Shown in pieces: positions 1 to 9,387 of a DNA stretch of 64,000 nucleotides. Under the pieces are notes generated by a model that saw only the letters and a program-made list of their open reading frames with translations, was not told where the DNA came from and searched no databases. Positions within the stretch are counted from its first letter, which is position 1; each line of letters starts with the position of its first letter. This stretch comes from Nitrosopumilaceae archaeon (GTDB lineage Archaea; Thermoproteota; Nitrososphaeria; Nitrososphaerales; Nitrosopumilaceae), in NCBI GenBank assembly GCA_965208905.1, contig OZ242365.1:320001-384000 (forward strand), in the 5' to 3' direction. The position numbers were made by a program, and so were the translations under genes.

Positions 1-596
1 CCGTTGTCGGAGAGTATGGTGGCCGGGGTTCCAAACTCAACAATGCTATTTTGCAGGACTGTTACCGCGTTCTCGGATGTGGCCCCCTTGAATATCATGG
101 CTCCAACCACACATCTTGACGCATCATCAAGATATGTGATTAATTGGTAGCCTTGAAAACGTGGATCTTTCATCGCATGCCAGTCCGTATGCCACATCGC
201 ATTGGAGTATCTGCGCTCATAGCGTATCCATTTACGCCTGCGCGATTTTGCTGCAGATAGAGTGACCATATTGTTTTCTTTCATGATTGTGTATACCGTT
301 TTTTCACTTATTTGTATGCCCTTGTGATTTAAGTACTTGGTGATCCTTGTGACGCCTGCTGGCATTATACGATGTGCTGCTAGTACGACGTTGGTTTGCT
401 CCTCGGTGGGAGGAATCTTGGGTCTGCCTGGCATTTGTAGTGTGGGAATCTTGCCCGTTGCACGATACATTGCCCAGAGTTGTTGTACGCGTCTCTGGCT
501 AATCTTCATCTCTGTAGCAATGTGTGATGTACTACTACCTTTCCTGCATTGTCGAATGATATAATCTATCTGCTTCTGTGTCAGATTGACTCTCAT
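1..596 (-). CDS. IS481-family DDE transposase (partial, truncated by window edge)
   Basis: ATG at 596 reads MRVNLTQKQIDYIIRQC, then HTH, RYERRYSNAMWHTDWH and YLDDASRCVVG. Frame appears open to the window edge. Confidence 0.8.
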   Translation of the reverse strand, partial: MRVNLTQKQIDYIIRQCRKGSSTSHIATEMKISQRRVQQLWAMYRATGKIPTLQMPGRPKIPPTEEQTNVVLAAHRIMPAGVTRITKYLNHKGIQISEKTVYTIMKENNMVTLSAAKSRRRKWIRYERRYSNAMWHTDWHAMKDPRFQGYQLITYLDDASRCVVGAMIFKGATSENAVTVLQNSIVEFGTPATILSDN

Positions 597-679
597 GGGT
601 TTGCGTGATCTATATAGACTAAAATATTCTTTGGTTGGCAGTCTAAAGTTAGGGCGAACTAATTTCCGCACAATAGACA
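1..679 (-). mobile_element. IS481-family insertion sequence, copy 1 (left part; runs off window start)
   Basis: Minus-strand end TGTCTATTGTGCGGAAATTAGTTCGCCC at 679. Highly similar to 5852-6894. Transposase ORF starts at 596. Confidence 0.85.
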
Positions 680-715
680 TGTCAAAAAACCTTCTAAAAG
701 TATATTTAAGATACG

Positions 716-1897
716 ATGTCTTTCAGTCTGATGTATACATCAAGTTGCATGCTCCTGATTGCAACACTATCTCTGTTTATGGGTGCAAGTGTCGTATATG
801 CAGATGACACTGTCACCATAGGCGGAGTGTTCAATATATCCGGATGGGCCGAAGGGGAGAAGAGTAAGACTGCCGCAGAGTTTGCTGTAGATGACTTTAA
901 TGAGTATTTAGATATGATTGGTGCAGACTGGAACCTCAAGATGCGGGTTGAGGATACTCAAGAGAACGCCAATATAGCATTCCATAAACTGTCGGATCTA
1001 CGAAGTAGCGGTATAGACTTGGTGGTGGGGATGGCATTCAGCCACTTTATCAGTCTGGCATATAATTACATAGAGACCAACGATATTCTGGTCATATCTC
1101 ATGCCGCACAGGCTGCAGATCAAGAGATTGACGATGGCATATTTCGTCTTGTACCAAATGACGGACAGCAGGTACCGGCCATAAGTGCCGCCGTACAGGA
1201 TGCAAATGTAACTGTATTGGCTACCGTATCTCGGATAGGTTCATGGGGTGATGGAATAGTGGATGGTGTGGAAGATGTCTTTGATGGCGAGGTTATAAAG
1301 ATCATACGGTACGACCCTGAGTCAGCATACTACTCATCAGAGGTCTCATTTTTAGACACAGAGTTGGCCAAATTAATTGATAGGCATGGTGTTGACAATG
1401 TTGGAGTTCTATTCGTGGGTAATGATGAGTTCATACAGATAATACAACAGATGAAACTGTACGACAATGTCTCCAAAGTCAGATGGTTTGGTACAAACAA
1501 TCAGGCAGGACAGTCATACTTTTTGACCGACCCAATTGTACAAGAGTTCGCCGATAAAACTGAGTTTGTTGCCGTGCGGTCTATACCTGCTCAAAATAAC
1601 GCGATAAGTACTGCTCTAGATGAGCGATTCATTGAAAGGTACAACACCACGGCAACCATATACAACTATGCTGCGTATGATGCTGTATGGCTGTTGGGCA
1701 TGACTATATTACAGACGCAGAGTACGGAATCTACAACATTAATCGAGGCCATGCCGGCTGTGGCGTTACACACCATAGGTGCTTCAGGTCATTTGGAGTT
1801 GAGTCATGGTGGCGACCTAGTCAATGCCGCATTCGAGATATGGGGAGTACAGGATGGTCAATGGGCCAAGCTTGGAGAGTACGCTCCCACTGATTAA
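716..1897 (+). CDS. ABC transporter substrate-binding protein, branched-chain amino acid (type 1 periplasmic binding fold)
   Basis: Signal peptide, VTIGGVF, EDTQ, FRLVPND and AAYDAVWL motifs typical of LivK-like proteins. Confidence 0.8.
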   Translation: MSFSLMYTSSCMLLIATLSLFMGASVVYADDTVTIGGVFNISGWAEGEKSKTAAEFAVDDFNEYLDMIGADWNLKMRVEDTQENANIAFHKLSDLRSSGIDLVVGMAFSHFISLAYNYIETNDILVISHAAQAADQEIDDGIFRLVPNDGQQVPAISAAVQDANVTVLATVSRIGSWGDGIVDGVEDVFDGEVIKIIRYDPESAYYSSEVSFLDTELAKLIDRHGVDNVGVLFVGNDEFIQIIQQMKLYDNVSKVRWFGTNNQAGQSYFLTDPIVQEFADKTEFVAVRSIPAQNNAISTALDERFIERYNTTATIYNYAAYDAVWLLGMTILQTQSTESTTLIEAMPAVALHTIGASGHLELSHGGDLVNAAFEIWGVQDGQWAKLGEYAPTD

Positions 1898-1903
1898 ATT
1901 AGA

Positions 1904-2004
1904 GACTCCTCCCACAAAGTTGAGTTATACTATGTTGCCCCTCTGAGATGGTCGGACAGCCCTCTTGTATGGTGCGGGGCGATACACGACGGGGTTTGAC
2001 CATA
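1904..2004 (-). mobile_element. Degenerate right-end remnant of a family-A (GGTTCC TIR) TnpB element
   Basis: GACTCCTCCCACAAAGTTGAGTTAT at 1904 resembles TIR GGTTCCTCCCGCAAAGTCGGGTGAT at 9442. GC-rich interior loosely resembles the 3' end of element A. Confidence 0.45.
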
Positions 2005-2068
2005 TTTAGATACGCTGGTTCTAAAAATTATAATTTAAATACACGGTCTCAAAATTTATCATTGTATA

Positions 2069-2320
2069 ATGACTGTACACAACAATGTGCATATACCCTC
2101 AGAATCCTGGCCAAACTGGATATGGTATGCCATAGAGTTTGGCATTGTAATGGCCGTATCCATGCTAGTATCCCGGGAGATAACCGACTATATAGAAGGC
2201 CTTGATGGGGCGCAACAGAACTGGGTCTTTTATGCCATAGTGGGAGGCATATTCTTGTTGTGGTATGTAATAATACGTGGCATGGTATTCAAAAAGAAGA
2301 TTCTCAGAAATCGCTACTAG
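2069..2320 (+). CDS. Small conserved membrane protein (2 TM)
   Basis: 83 aa, two hydrophobic helices, TATA-like tttaaat upstream. Confidence 0.7.
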   Translation: MTVHNNVHIPSESWPNWIWYAIEFGIVMAVSMLVSREITDYIEGLDGAQQNWVFYAIVGGIFLLWYVIIRGMVFKKKILRNRY

Positions 2321-2990
2321 TACTATATATGGTCTTATCTTGTATGTGTGCCTCATTGAAAGCGTTTTTGCGATTACGGCAAGACTCACATCTTCCGCAC
2401 TGCTTATCTCCGCCCGAATAACAGCTCCAGGTCAAGAATATGTCATCGCCCAAGGCATCCAGACCCATCTTCAATAGTGTACTCTTTGATATGCCCTCCT
2501 TGTATGGAGACCAAATACGTATGGGCCGTCGTATACCACTGGATATGCCATCACTCTCGCCCAAATTCATGGCATTCTCAAAGGCATCTGTAAATACGGG
2601 TCGACAGTCCGGATAAGATGTATCACCTGTATGGGCGCCATATGCCACCAACTCGGCCCCTAATGAGAATGCCCACGCTGATGATATAGATAGGAATATA
2701 GCATTTCGTACGGGTACAACAATAGAGTAGTCAAAGGTTTCAGGCATACTTAGTTTAGAGTCAGTGAGAACATTGGACTTTCCGTATAGGCTCTCCATAA
2801 ATGAGATATCCAGTATGTGATGTTGCTTCATACCAATCTTGTCGACAAAGTATTTGGCCGATTCAATCTCAGGGCCGGCCCGCTGTCCATATAAGAACGA
2901 GATACCGTATACATCAAACTGCTCAGACAGATGAGCGGCTGCACATACCGAGTCTATACCACCACTAAACACCATCACAGCCTTCTTCAT
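2304..2990 (-). CDS. queC: 7-cyano-7-deazaguanine synthase
   Basis: SGGIDS, YPDCR, and TWSCY...CGRCESC motifs. Confidence 0.95.
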   Translation of the reverse strand: MKKAVMVFSGGIDSVCAAAHLSEQFDVYGISFLYGQRAGPEIESAKYFVDKIGMKQHHILDISFMESLYGKSNVLTDSKLSMPETFDYSIVVPVRNAIFLSISSAWAFSLGAELVAYGAHTGDTSYPDCRPVFTDAFENAMNLGESDGISSGIRRPIRIWSPYKEGISKSTLLKMGLDALGDDIFLTWSCYSGGDKQCGRCESCRNRKNAFNEAHIQDKTIYSTSSDF

Positions 2991-3901
2991 TGTACTGCAC
3001 CAGCACCTTTGGCAACAGAACAGGGAAATGTTCTACAGTCGATACCCTGACGACCAAAGCCCTCTTGCATTGCTCTTTCAACCCTGTTCATATCAGCAGT
3101 GTCATCATCAACAAAAGCAATGACAGAAGGGCCGGCCCCACTGATGGTAACACCTGCCGCCCCAGCAGATACAGCCAAGCTTCGTATATCATCCAGTCCA
3201 GGAATCATATGTTTACGGACCGGTTCTACTATTACATCCTGTATAGAGTCTCCAATTAGTGATATGTTACCTGTACAGATGCCAGCAACTAGAGATGATG
3301 ATAGTGATACATTGGTGGTGACATTATGTAGCGGAATCATATTGGGTATCACTCCTCGGGATACCTGCGTCTTCTTTTCTGGTGTTGGTATATCAGGAAC
3401 TGCCACACACAGTGCCAAATTTTCTGGTGGTTGTAGATGTATGATACGTAAAGGTTCAGGACGCACAATTACAAAACCACCAGATACAGAGGCTGCCACA
3501 TTATCATAGTGGATGGAACCGGCGCTGGCCTGCTCGCCATATCCAGCGTATCTTGTCAGCTCATCCAAAGATAAGTTCAGATTGTATAAATCAGAGTAGG
3601 CAACGGCAGCTGCCGCTGCAGAAGCAGCACTACTGCCCATCCCATAACCAGCAGGCACGCCCTTGTTAATTGTGATATGTACTCCTGACTCTATCTTAAA
3701 GTCTCTGCGCATCATATCAATTACAATGCCAGCCGTGTTCTTTGTGTATTCCAGTGGTATGTCATCGTCCGAGGATATTGTAATTGAGCTGCCCTCCTGC
3801 GCAACGGATACAGTGTCAAAACATGCATCCAAAGCCATACCAAAGACATCAAAGCCAGGACCTAGATTGGCCGTTGATGATGGAGCTTGCGCAGTATTCA
3901 A
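2987..3901 (-). CDS. thrB: Homoserine kinase
   Basis: STANLGPGFDVFG, GMGSSAAS, HYDNV and SGAGP GHMP-kinase motifs. Confidence 0.95.
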   Translation of the reverse strand: MNTAQAPSSTANLGPGFDVFGMALDACFDTVSVAQEGSSITISSDDDIPLEYTKNTAGIVIDMMRRDFKIESGVHITINKGVPAGYGMGSSAASAAAAAVAYSDLYNLNLSLDELTRYAGYGEQASAGSIHYDNVAASVSGGFVIVRPEPLRIIHLQPPENLALCVAVPDIPTPEKKTQVSRGVIPNMIPLHNVTTNVSLSSSLVAGICTGNISLIGDSIQDVIVEPVRKHMIPGLDDIRSLAVSAGAAGVTISGAGPSVIAFVDDDTADMNRVERAMQEGFGRQGIDCRTFPCSVAKGAGAVQ

Positions 3902-4710
3902 TCCTCCACCTCTTCGCCCATCAGTAGCATTCGACTCAAAGATGACTCTAGGTCTGCTAGTCCATCTCCAGTGGCACTTGATACAGGTATCATATCTTGG
4001 GCGTAATCTTCCTGGTTTAAGGTTGATGATATTGTAGATATTAGAGAGTACGTCTCACCATCCACATTAGAGGTTGCATCCAAGGCTGACGTAATATCTG
4101 TGGCCCACTGTATTATGCTATCGGTGGATATCGCGGGTAGATCAGACTTACTCAATACTGTAATAAATGGAAGTTGAAGTCGCAGTCGTATGGATAGAGA
4201 CAGCATGCTAAGCGAGATAAAGTTAACTGGATTACCTGCCATGGCGCCATCAAACAGAAACAGGCCAGTTTTAGAGTCGGCGTTCAACTCGGAGGTAATA
4301 AACGGTCCACTACTCCTATACGCAAATAGTTCTATCTGGCCAGGTGTGTCCACTATCAAATAGTCAGGGTTTACCGCATCAATCTCAATCTGTAGTTGAG
4401 AGAGTTGTGATGCTATCATATCATTGGCCATGACTAGAGCCCCATTAGGTCCCAAATCATACTGTCTCATTATGGAGAGTATATCGATGCGATCCCGCAC
4501 ATCCATATCTGGAGTATATGGGAGCGACTCCACGCCCGGATCCAGGTTCAATATGGCAGCAAATGCACCATTAGAGGCATAGTACTCGTATAGTTTTGAT
4601 GTCAAGAGTGATTTTCCAGAACCTGCAGTTCCCAACACAAAGATGCACTTCAATGTATTAACTGTAGTAATTTGGCTTATATTTGAACTTGTTAGCATTT
4701 CTTCATGCAA
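3898..4710 (-). CDS. GPN-loop GTPase (true start probably near 4653)
   Basis: GTAGSGKS, NLDPG, LGPNGA, DTPGQIELF. Confidence 0.9.
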   Translation of the reverse strand: MHEEMLTSSNISQITTVNTLKCIFVLGTAGSGKSLLTSKLYEYYASNGAFAAILNLDPGVESLPYTPDMDVRDRIDILSIMRQYDLGPNGALVMANDMIASQLSQLQIEIDAVNPDYLIVDTPGQIELFAYRSSGPFITSELNADSKTGLFLFDGAMAGNPVNFISLSMLSLSIRLRLQLPFITVLSKSDLPAISTDSIIQWATDITSALDATSNVDGETYSLISTISSTLNQEDYAQDMIPVSSATGDGLADLESSLSRMLLMGEEVED

Positions 4711-5730
4711 TGGCGCATTATAGCGGTCTTGGCCACACTCATACCCATCATCATAATTGCCCTACAGTTTGACATACAACTGGAAGACCTACTGGCCATC
4801 GGCTTAGTACCGTTTATGATGGCATTCATACTGATGATGTCAAAACTGGTATTGCAGGGAGTCAAGTTTGCATATATTGCAAAATCCTATACGAAGATGG
4901 CCGGTTCAGCTACAAAACTGTGCGGCGTGCGGGTGGGAGCCGAGTTCATAAAATTCTCCACACCCATGTTTGTGGGAGCCGAGTTCATCATGATATATTA
5001 TCTGCACAAAAGAAAGGTGCCACCCTCACAGTCTGCATGGATAGCTTTTGTAGATATAGTTACTGAAGTTTTAGGTGCCGGTATACTCTCTATTATGGCT
5101 GGTATTATAGCCGTACTCATGGGAGCATACACCATAGGTGTTATAGTATTACTTACCAGTATATCCATAACAGCAATATGGACAGTCTTGTTCTTCTTGT
5201 CTGCTAGAAGGAACTTTCGTGTGCCCAAATCCCTCCGTGTTTTAATCTCTCGCGTAGGGGGCGAGCGTGGCGAACATTATACAAAAGAGATAGACAAGTG
5301 GTTGGATGGCATATGCAAGACCAGTCAGAAACATGCATCATCAAAGCGACTGACTCGTGTATTTACAAACTCATTGATAATGTCCATTGCATCATGGATA
5401 CTGTATGGGTTGTCATTCTTTGTTATAGCCATAGGTGTGGGGTATCAGATTGGTGCATTTGACTCCACAATGGCGGTGATGGCTGCTAACGCCATAGCAA
5501 ACTTACCCATAACGGTGGGAGGTTCAGGGTTAGCCGAGTTGGGCATATTTGGATATCTGAACAACGCAAACCCCTTTGACTTTCAGTTGGATGAGGGCGG
5601 GATAGAATGGGACATTATAGTAGGTTGGAGGATAGCGACCTATTACATACCCATAGTCATAACATGGTTGCTACTGGTAAAGTTGGCGCTCAGTAAAGTC
5701 ACCAGAGCAGACATAAAGGATGAAACATAA
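4705..5730 (+). CDS. Lysylphosphatidylglycerol-synthase TM / flippase-like membrane protein (UPF0104)
   Basis: Multi-TM; PITVGGSGLAE and WRIATYY motifs. Confidence 0.8.
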   Translation: MQWRIIAVLATLIPIIIIALQFDIQLEDLLAIGLVPFMMAFILMMSKLVLQGVKFAYIAKSYTKMAGSATKLCGVRVGAEFIKFSTPMFVGAEFIMIYYLHKRKVPPSQSAWIAFVDIVTEVLGAGILSIMAGIIAVLMGAYTIGVIVLLTSISITAIWTVLFFLSARRNFRVPKSLRVLISRVGGERGEHYTKEIDKWLDGICKTSQKHASSKRLTRVFTNSLIMSIASWILYGLSFFVIAIGVGYQIGAFDSTMAVMAANAIANLPITVGGSGLAELGIFGYLNNANPFDFQLDEGGIEWDIIVGWRIATYYIPIVITWLLLVKLALSKVTRADIKDET

Positions 5731-5851
5731 GCGTATCAATCTTTGGCGGACTTGATTATATAGTATGCATGCGGCGTTATACAAGTTTCCCAATGTCTCG
5801 CTATTTGAGTCAAGAGTTGTATGTACATGACTGTTTTTGTGTACCAGTATT

Positions 5852-6894
5852 CATCTATTGTGCGGAAATTAGTTCGCCCTAACTTTAGACGGTCAACCAA
5901 AGAATATTTTAGTCTATATAGATCACACAAACCCATGAGGGTCAATCTAACACAGAAGCAGATCAATTATATCATTCGACAATGCAGGAAAGGTAGTAGT
6001 ACATCACACATTGCTACAGAGATAAAGATTAGCCAGAGACGCGTACAACAACTCTGGTCAATGTATCGTGTAACGGGCAAGATTCCTACACTACAAATGC
6101 CAGGCAAGCTCAGGACTCTTCCTACCGAGGAACAAACCAACGTTGTACTGGCAGCACATCGTGTAATGCCAGCAGGTGTCGCAAGGATCACCAAGTACCT
6201 AAATCACAAGGGCATACAAATAAGTGAAAAAATGGTATACACAGTCATGAAAGAAAACAATATGGTCATTCCATCTGCAGCAAAATCGCGCAGGCGTAAA
6301 TGGATACGCTATGAGCGCAGATACTCTAATGCGATGTGGCATACGAACTGGCATACGATGAAAGATCCACGTTTTCAAGGCTACCAATTAATCACATATC
6401 TTGATGATGCGTCAAGTGCGTGGTTGGGGCCATGATATTCAAGGATGCCACATCCGAAAACGCGGTAATGGTCCTGCAAAACAACATTGCTGAGTTTGGA
6501 ACCCCGCCACCATACTCTCCGACAACGGATCGTGCTTTGTGGGTGTGAGAAGAAAGATTCCTACAAAATCATGGACCCACACTATATTTGAGACAGAGCT
6601 GCTTGATCGGGGTATTGAGTTGATTAACACCCGCCCTATCACCCACAAACAAATGGCAAGCTTGAACGGTTCCACCGCACCTTGGAAGAAGAACTATATC
6701 ATTTTGGCAGCCTAGCGGAGTTTGTCGCATACTACAACGAGGTGCGACTGCACTGGTCTTTAGACATAAACAATGGTGAGACCCCGCTACAGGCATTCCA
6801 CAACAAAAAAGTGCCAGATGATGTCAGGAAGACTGACTCAAAATGGATGGAGATGGACACCAATGACTAGGCGAAATAATTTCGACATAATACA
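5852..6894 (+). mobile_element. IS481-family insertion sequence, copy 2 (decayed)
   Basis: Left end CATCTATTGTGCGGAAATTAGTTCGCCC (TG changed to CA relative to copy 1). Right end GGCGAAATAATTTCGACATAATACA forms an imperfect IR. Confidence 0.85.
5935..6870 (+). pseudogene. IS481 transposase pseudogene
   Basis: First catalytic Asp changed (WHTNWH vs WHTDWH in copy 1). Frameshift near 6418 and another near 6650. C-terminal YYNEVRLHWSL...TP motif lies in a different frame. Confidence 0.85.
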
Positions 6895-7028
6895 CCCTTT
6901 AGATTTTTTAAAAAACTTATAATTATTTTAATATCTAGCATGCGGAATGTATCTTCATTCCTTGTATGGTCAGTTCGCCCGTCAAAAGACCCGCATGCCA
7001 GATGTATATGGTGCAATTGTACCCCCCA

Positions 7029-8258
7029 TTATTTCTTGTCTAGTGTCTGCGCAGCTATCTTGGCGGCGTTGCGTGCTCCATCTCCCAAAAAGTTTTTCCC
7101 AAATTCATTTAACGACTCCTGAAGCGTTTCAGTGTTATCTCGTATCCATTTTATGGCAGATATAACACGCGCTGGACTCTTTGCTAGTATGCCTAAGCCT
7201 CTCTGTTCTGCCCATCGTAGATTGTTTGTGTGCTCATCATATACGGGAATACCAACTACGGGTCTTCTCTTCTGTCCCAGTATTTCACCCATTACTGTAT
7301 GTGAGCCATTTATGACGGCATAGGTGCATCTTTCCAGCACGCTGTTCTTCTCCTGTTCTGACAGAAAGCCTACATCAATCTGTAGCCAATCTACTTTTTT
7401 TTCATACGCTTCAGAGATTGTATATCGCTTACCATTTCGGCCTAACACACTATCTATGCTGGGATCCTGTCTGGCATGCGAGACTATTCGTCTCTCTGAA
7501 GCCATAAAATCTTTGGCAAATATCTCTTGATATCTAGATCCAGTTCCGTCATTGGTGGATTTATTGCCGGTTCTCATCCAGTACCCGAAATCCACATCAT
7601 GTATCATTAGCTCCAAATCTGTAGCTTTTGAGGTTGTAAAGATGTCTTGTGTAGTAAAATGTCCCACATATGTAGTCTTTTTAGCAACTGATTCACTAAG
7701 ATTCAAGTTAAATTCAGATAATGTGTATGGTGGTGGCGAATCGGCTACCAAAATATGGCTAGCTTTTGCAATCTGTTTTGAGATAAATTCCAATCCAGGA
7801 TAAAAATAGGCACGACTGGCCCATAATTTTGGGCGAAATTGATTTGTAATAAACAGACTGGGAATATTACGATTTTTTGCCAAAACATTGGCCCCCATAT
7901 CCCCATCACTGATTATTATATCAAATTTTTGCTCATTAAATATTCGTCTCTCCTCCCGTAAATAAGACACAATCTGACGTATGAGGGGCGGCATTCCGCT
8001 AATTGGTAATGTAATGTTTAGCAAGCAACGAAACAAGTCTGGACCCATCTTTCCGTCTATGGGTGTGGGTATTGCAATACGGTGTATATTATCAGTATTA
8101 TTAGGATATAACTTTAATAATTTTTCATATATCTCGTCTTTGCTGGAATAGTGAATGTCTGCATCGGCAACATACTCTTTTAATACCTGATTAAGACGAG
8201 TCATGCGAGTGTAATGTCCGTTTCCCCATGAGTAAATAAATTCGCCTATCTTTGCCAT
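7029..8258 (-). CDS. Glycosyltransferase (GT28/MJ1255-like)
   Basis: GNGHYTR, IISDGD, GSHTVMGE, EHTNN; GT-B motifs. Confidence 0.8.
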   Translation of the reverse strand: MAKIGEFIYSWGNGHYTRMTRLNQVLKEYVADADIHYSSKDEIYEKLLKLYPNNTDNIHRIAIPTPIDGKMGPDLFRCLLNITLPISGMPPLIRQIVSYLREERRIFNEQKFDIIISDGDMGANVLAKNRNIPSLFITNQFRPKLWASRAYFYPGLEFISKQIAKASHILVADSPPPYTLSEFNLNLSESVAKKTTYVGHFTTQDIFTTSKATDLELMIHDVDFGYWMRTGNKSTNDGTGSRYQEIFAKDFMASERRIVSHARQDPSIDSVLGRNGKRYTISEAYEKKVDWLQIDVGFLSEQEKNSVLERCTYAVINGSHTVMGEILGQKRRPVVGIPVYDEHTNNLRWAEQRGLGILAKSPARVISAIKWIRDNTETLQESLNEFGKNFLGDGARNAAKIAAQTLDKK

Positions 8259-8268
8259 GTTTGTACGT

Positions 8269-9387
8269 TTATGTTTGTTTTAACTGTCCCATATTATCTA
8301 AAATGTCGTGGATGTTATTAGGTCCAAGTTTTATATTGATATTATATTGCTTTATTTTATATTGTTTCATATCTGGAGGTATTTTTAATAATTTATACTG
8401 TCTGGATTCTGCATTAAAAGGTAGGTTCAATCTCTCGGATATAGCAACCATCTGTTCATAGTCAGGCAATGCCAGTATCGGGTTTAGTTGGGCATCGTAT
8501 ATTCGATGGAGTAATTTATCTACATATAAGCCTGGAAAAATGATTCTAGATATAGGTAATGTTATGTGTGATATGTTGTGATCTTTTGCGATATTAATGG
8601 CTAGTTCGGTGGCAAGTATCACCATATTTAAAAATCCTTGACCTCCTGATGATACTTTATGTATGGTTAATTGTATTTTTTTGTGTATTAAGTATGGAAG
8701 TATTTTATTGATTATCTTTGCCAGATTTGTCAAATCACTCTCCTTTCTGTATAATGCAAGAATTTTGGTATTGTAACCCATCCGTATGGTCTCCAAACAT
8801 GCCATGGCAGACATTTCATCAAATATGCACGATACCGCCTTGCCCTGCACCCCCATTGGCAAGCCTCCAAAGCACTTGTCTTCAAATATGGATATGTAAG
8901 CATTACTCTGTGTCATGTATACATATAGTAGTTTATCATGTCGGTCTTGTGTACCAGGTCGTACATTTTGTGATGACTTTTCTTCTATTATGGATGAAGT
9001 TATTGCCATCTCGGCATCTTTTGGTAGAAATCCTCTAGAGTATCCTTCTACCTGCACATAAAATGTCTCGTTTCCCAATAATAGATTTCCACCTACTTCA
9101 GTGGCGACCTCTACAATGTCGTTGTAATCATTCTTTATCTGTCTGGCTATGAGCACTTTTTCTATGCCGTATAGCCGCTCAATGGCCGATGACGCAAAGA
9201 CCGGATCATGAGCTTCGACCAGTATAAGGTGCTCATCTCTACATATTGAGGTGTATGGTTCGTCTTCAATCTTTAGGACGTTTTTTATGCATCGTATTAA
9301 CGTGCGTATATACTTTTTAGCGTGTAGTGATGTAAATACAACCACAAACGATTTTGTTGCCATCGTGTACATGACTACACCCCCCAC
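8269..9387 (-). CDS. ThiI-like THUMP-domain protein (true start probably 9363)
   Basis: THUMP-like N-terminus and FGGLPMG motif; PP-loop degenerate. Confidence 0.65.
   Translation of the reverse strand: MGGVVMYTMATKSFVVVFTSLHAKKYIRTLIRCIKNVLKIEDEPYTSICRDEHLILVEAHDPVFASSAIERLYGIEKVLIARQIKNDYNDIVEVATEVGGNLLLGNETFYVQVEGYSRGFLPKDAEMAITSSIIEEKSSQNVRPGTQDRHDKLLYVYMTQSNAYISIFEDKCFGGLPMGVQGKAVSCIFDEMSAMACLETIRMGYNTKILALYRKESDLTNLAKIINKILPYLIHKKIQLTIHKVSSGGQGFLNMVILATELAINIAKDHNISHITLPISRIIFPGLYVDKLLHRIYDAQLNPILALPDYEQMVAISERLNLPFNAESRQYKLLKIPPDMKQYKIKQYNINIKLGPNNIHDILDNMGQLKQT

Noticed and set aside
5821-5934. N-terminal extension of the IS481 ORF as given in the ORF track
   Set aside because: Begins outside the IS left end; copy 1 indicates the start is ATG 5935.
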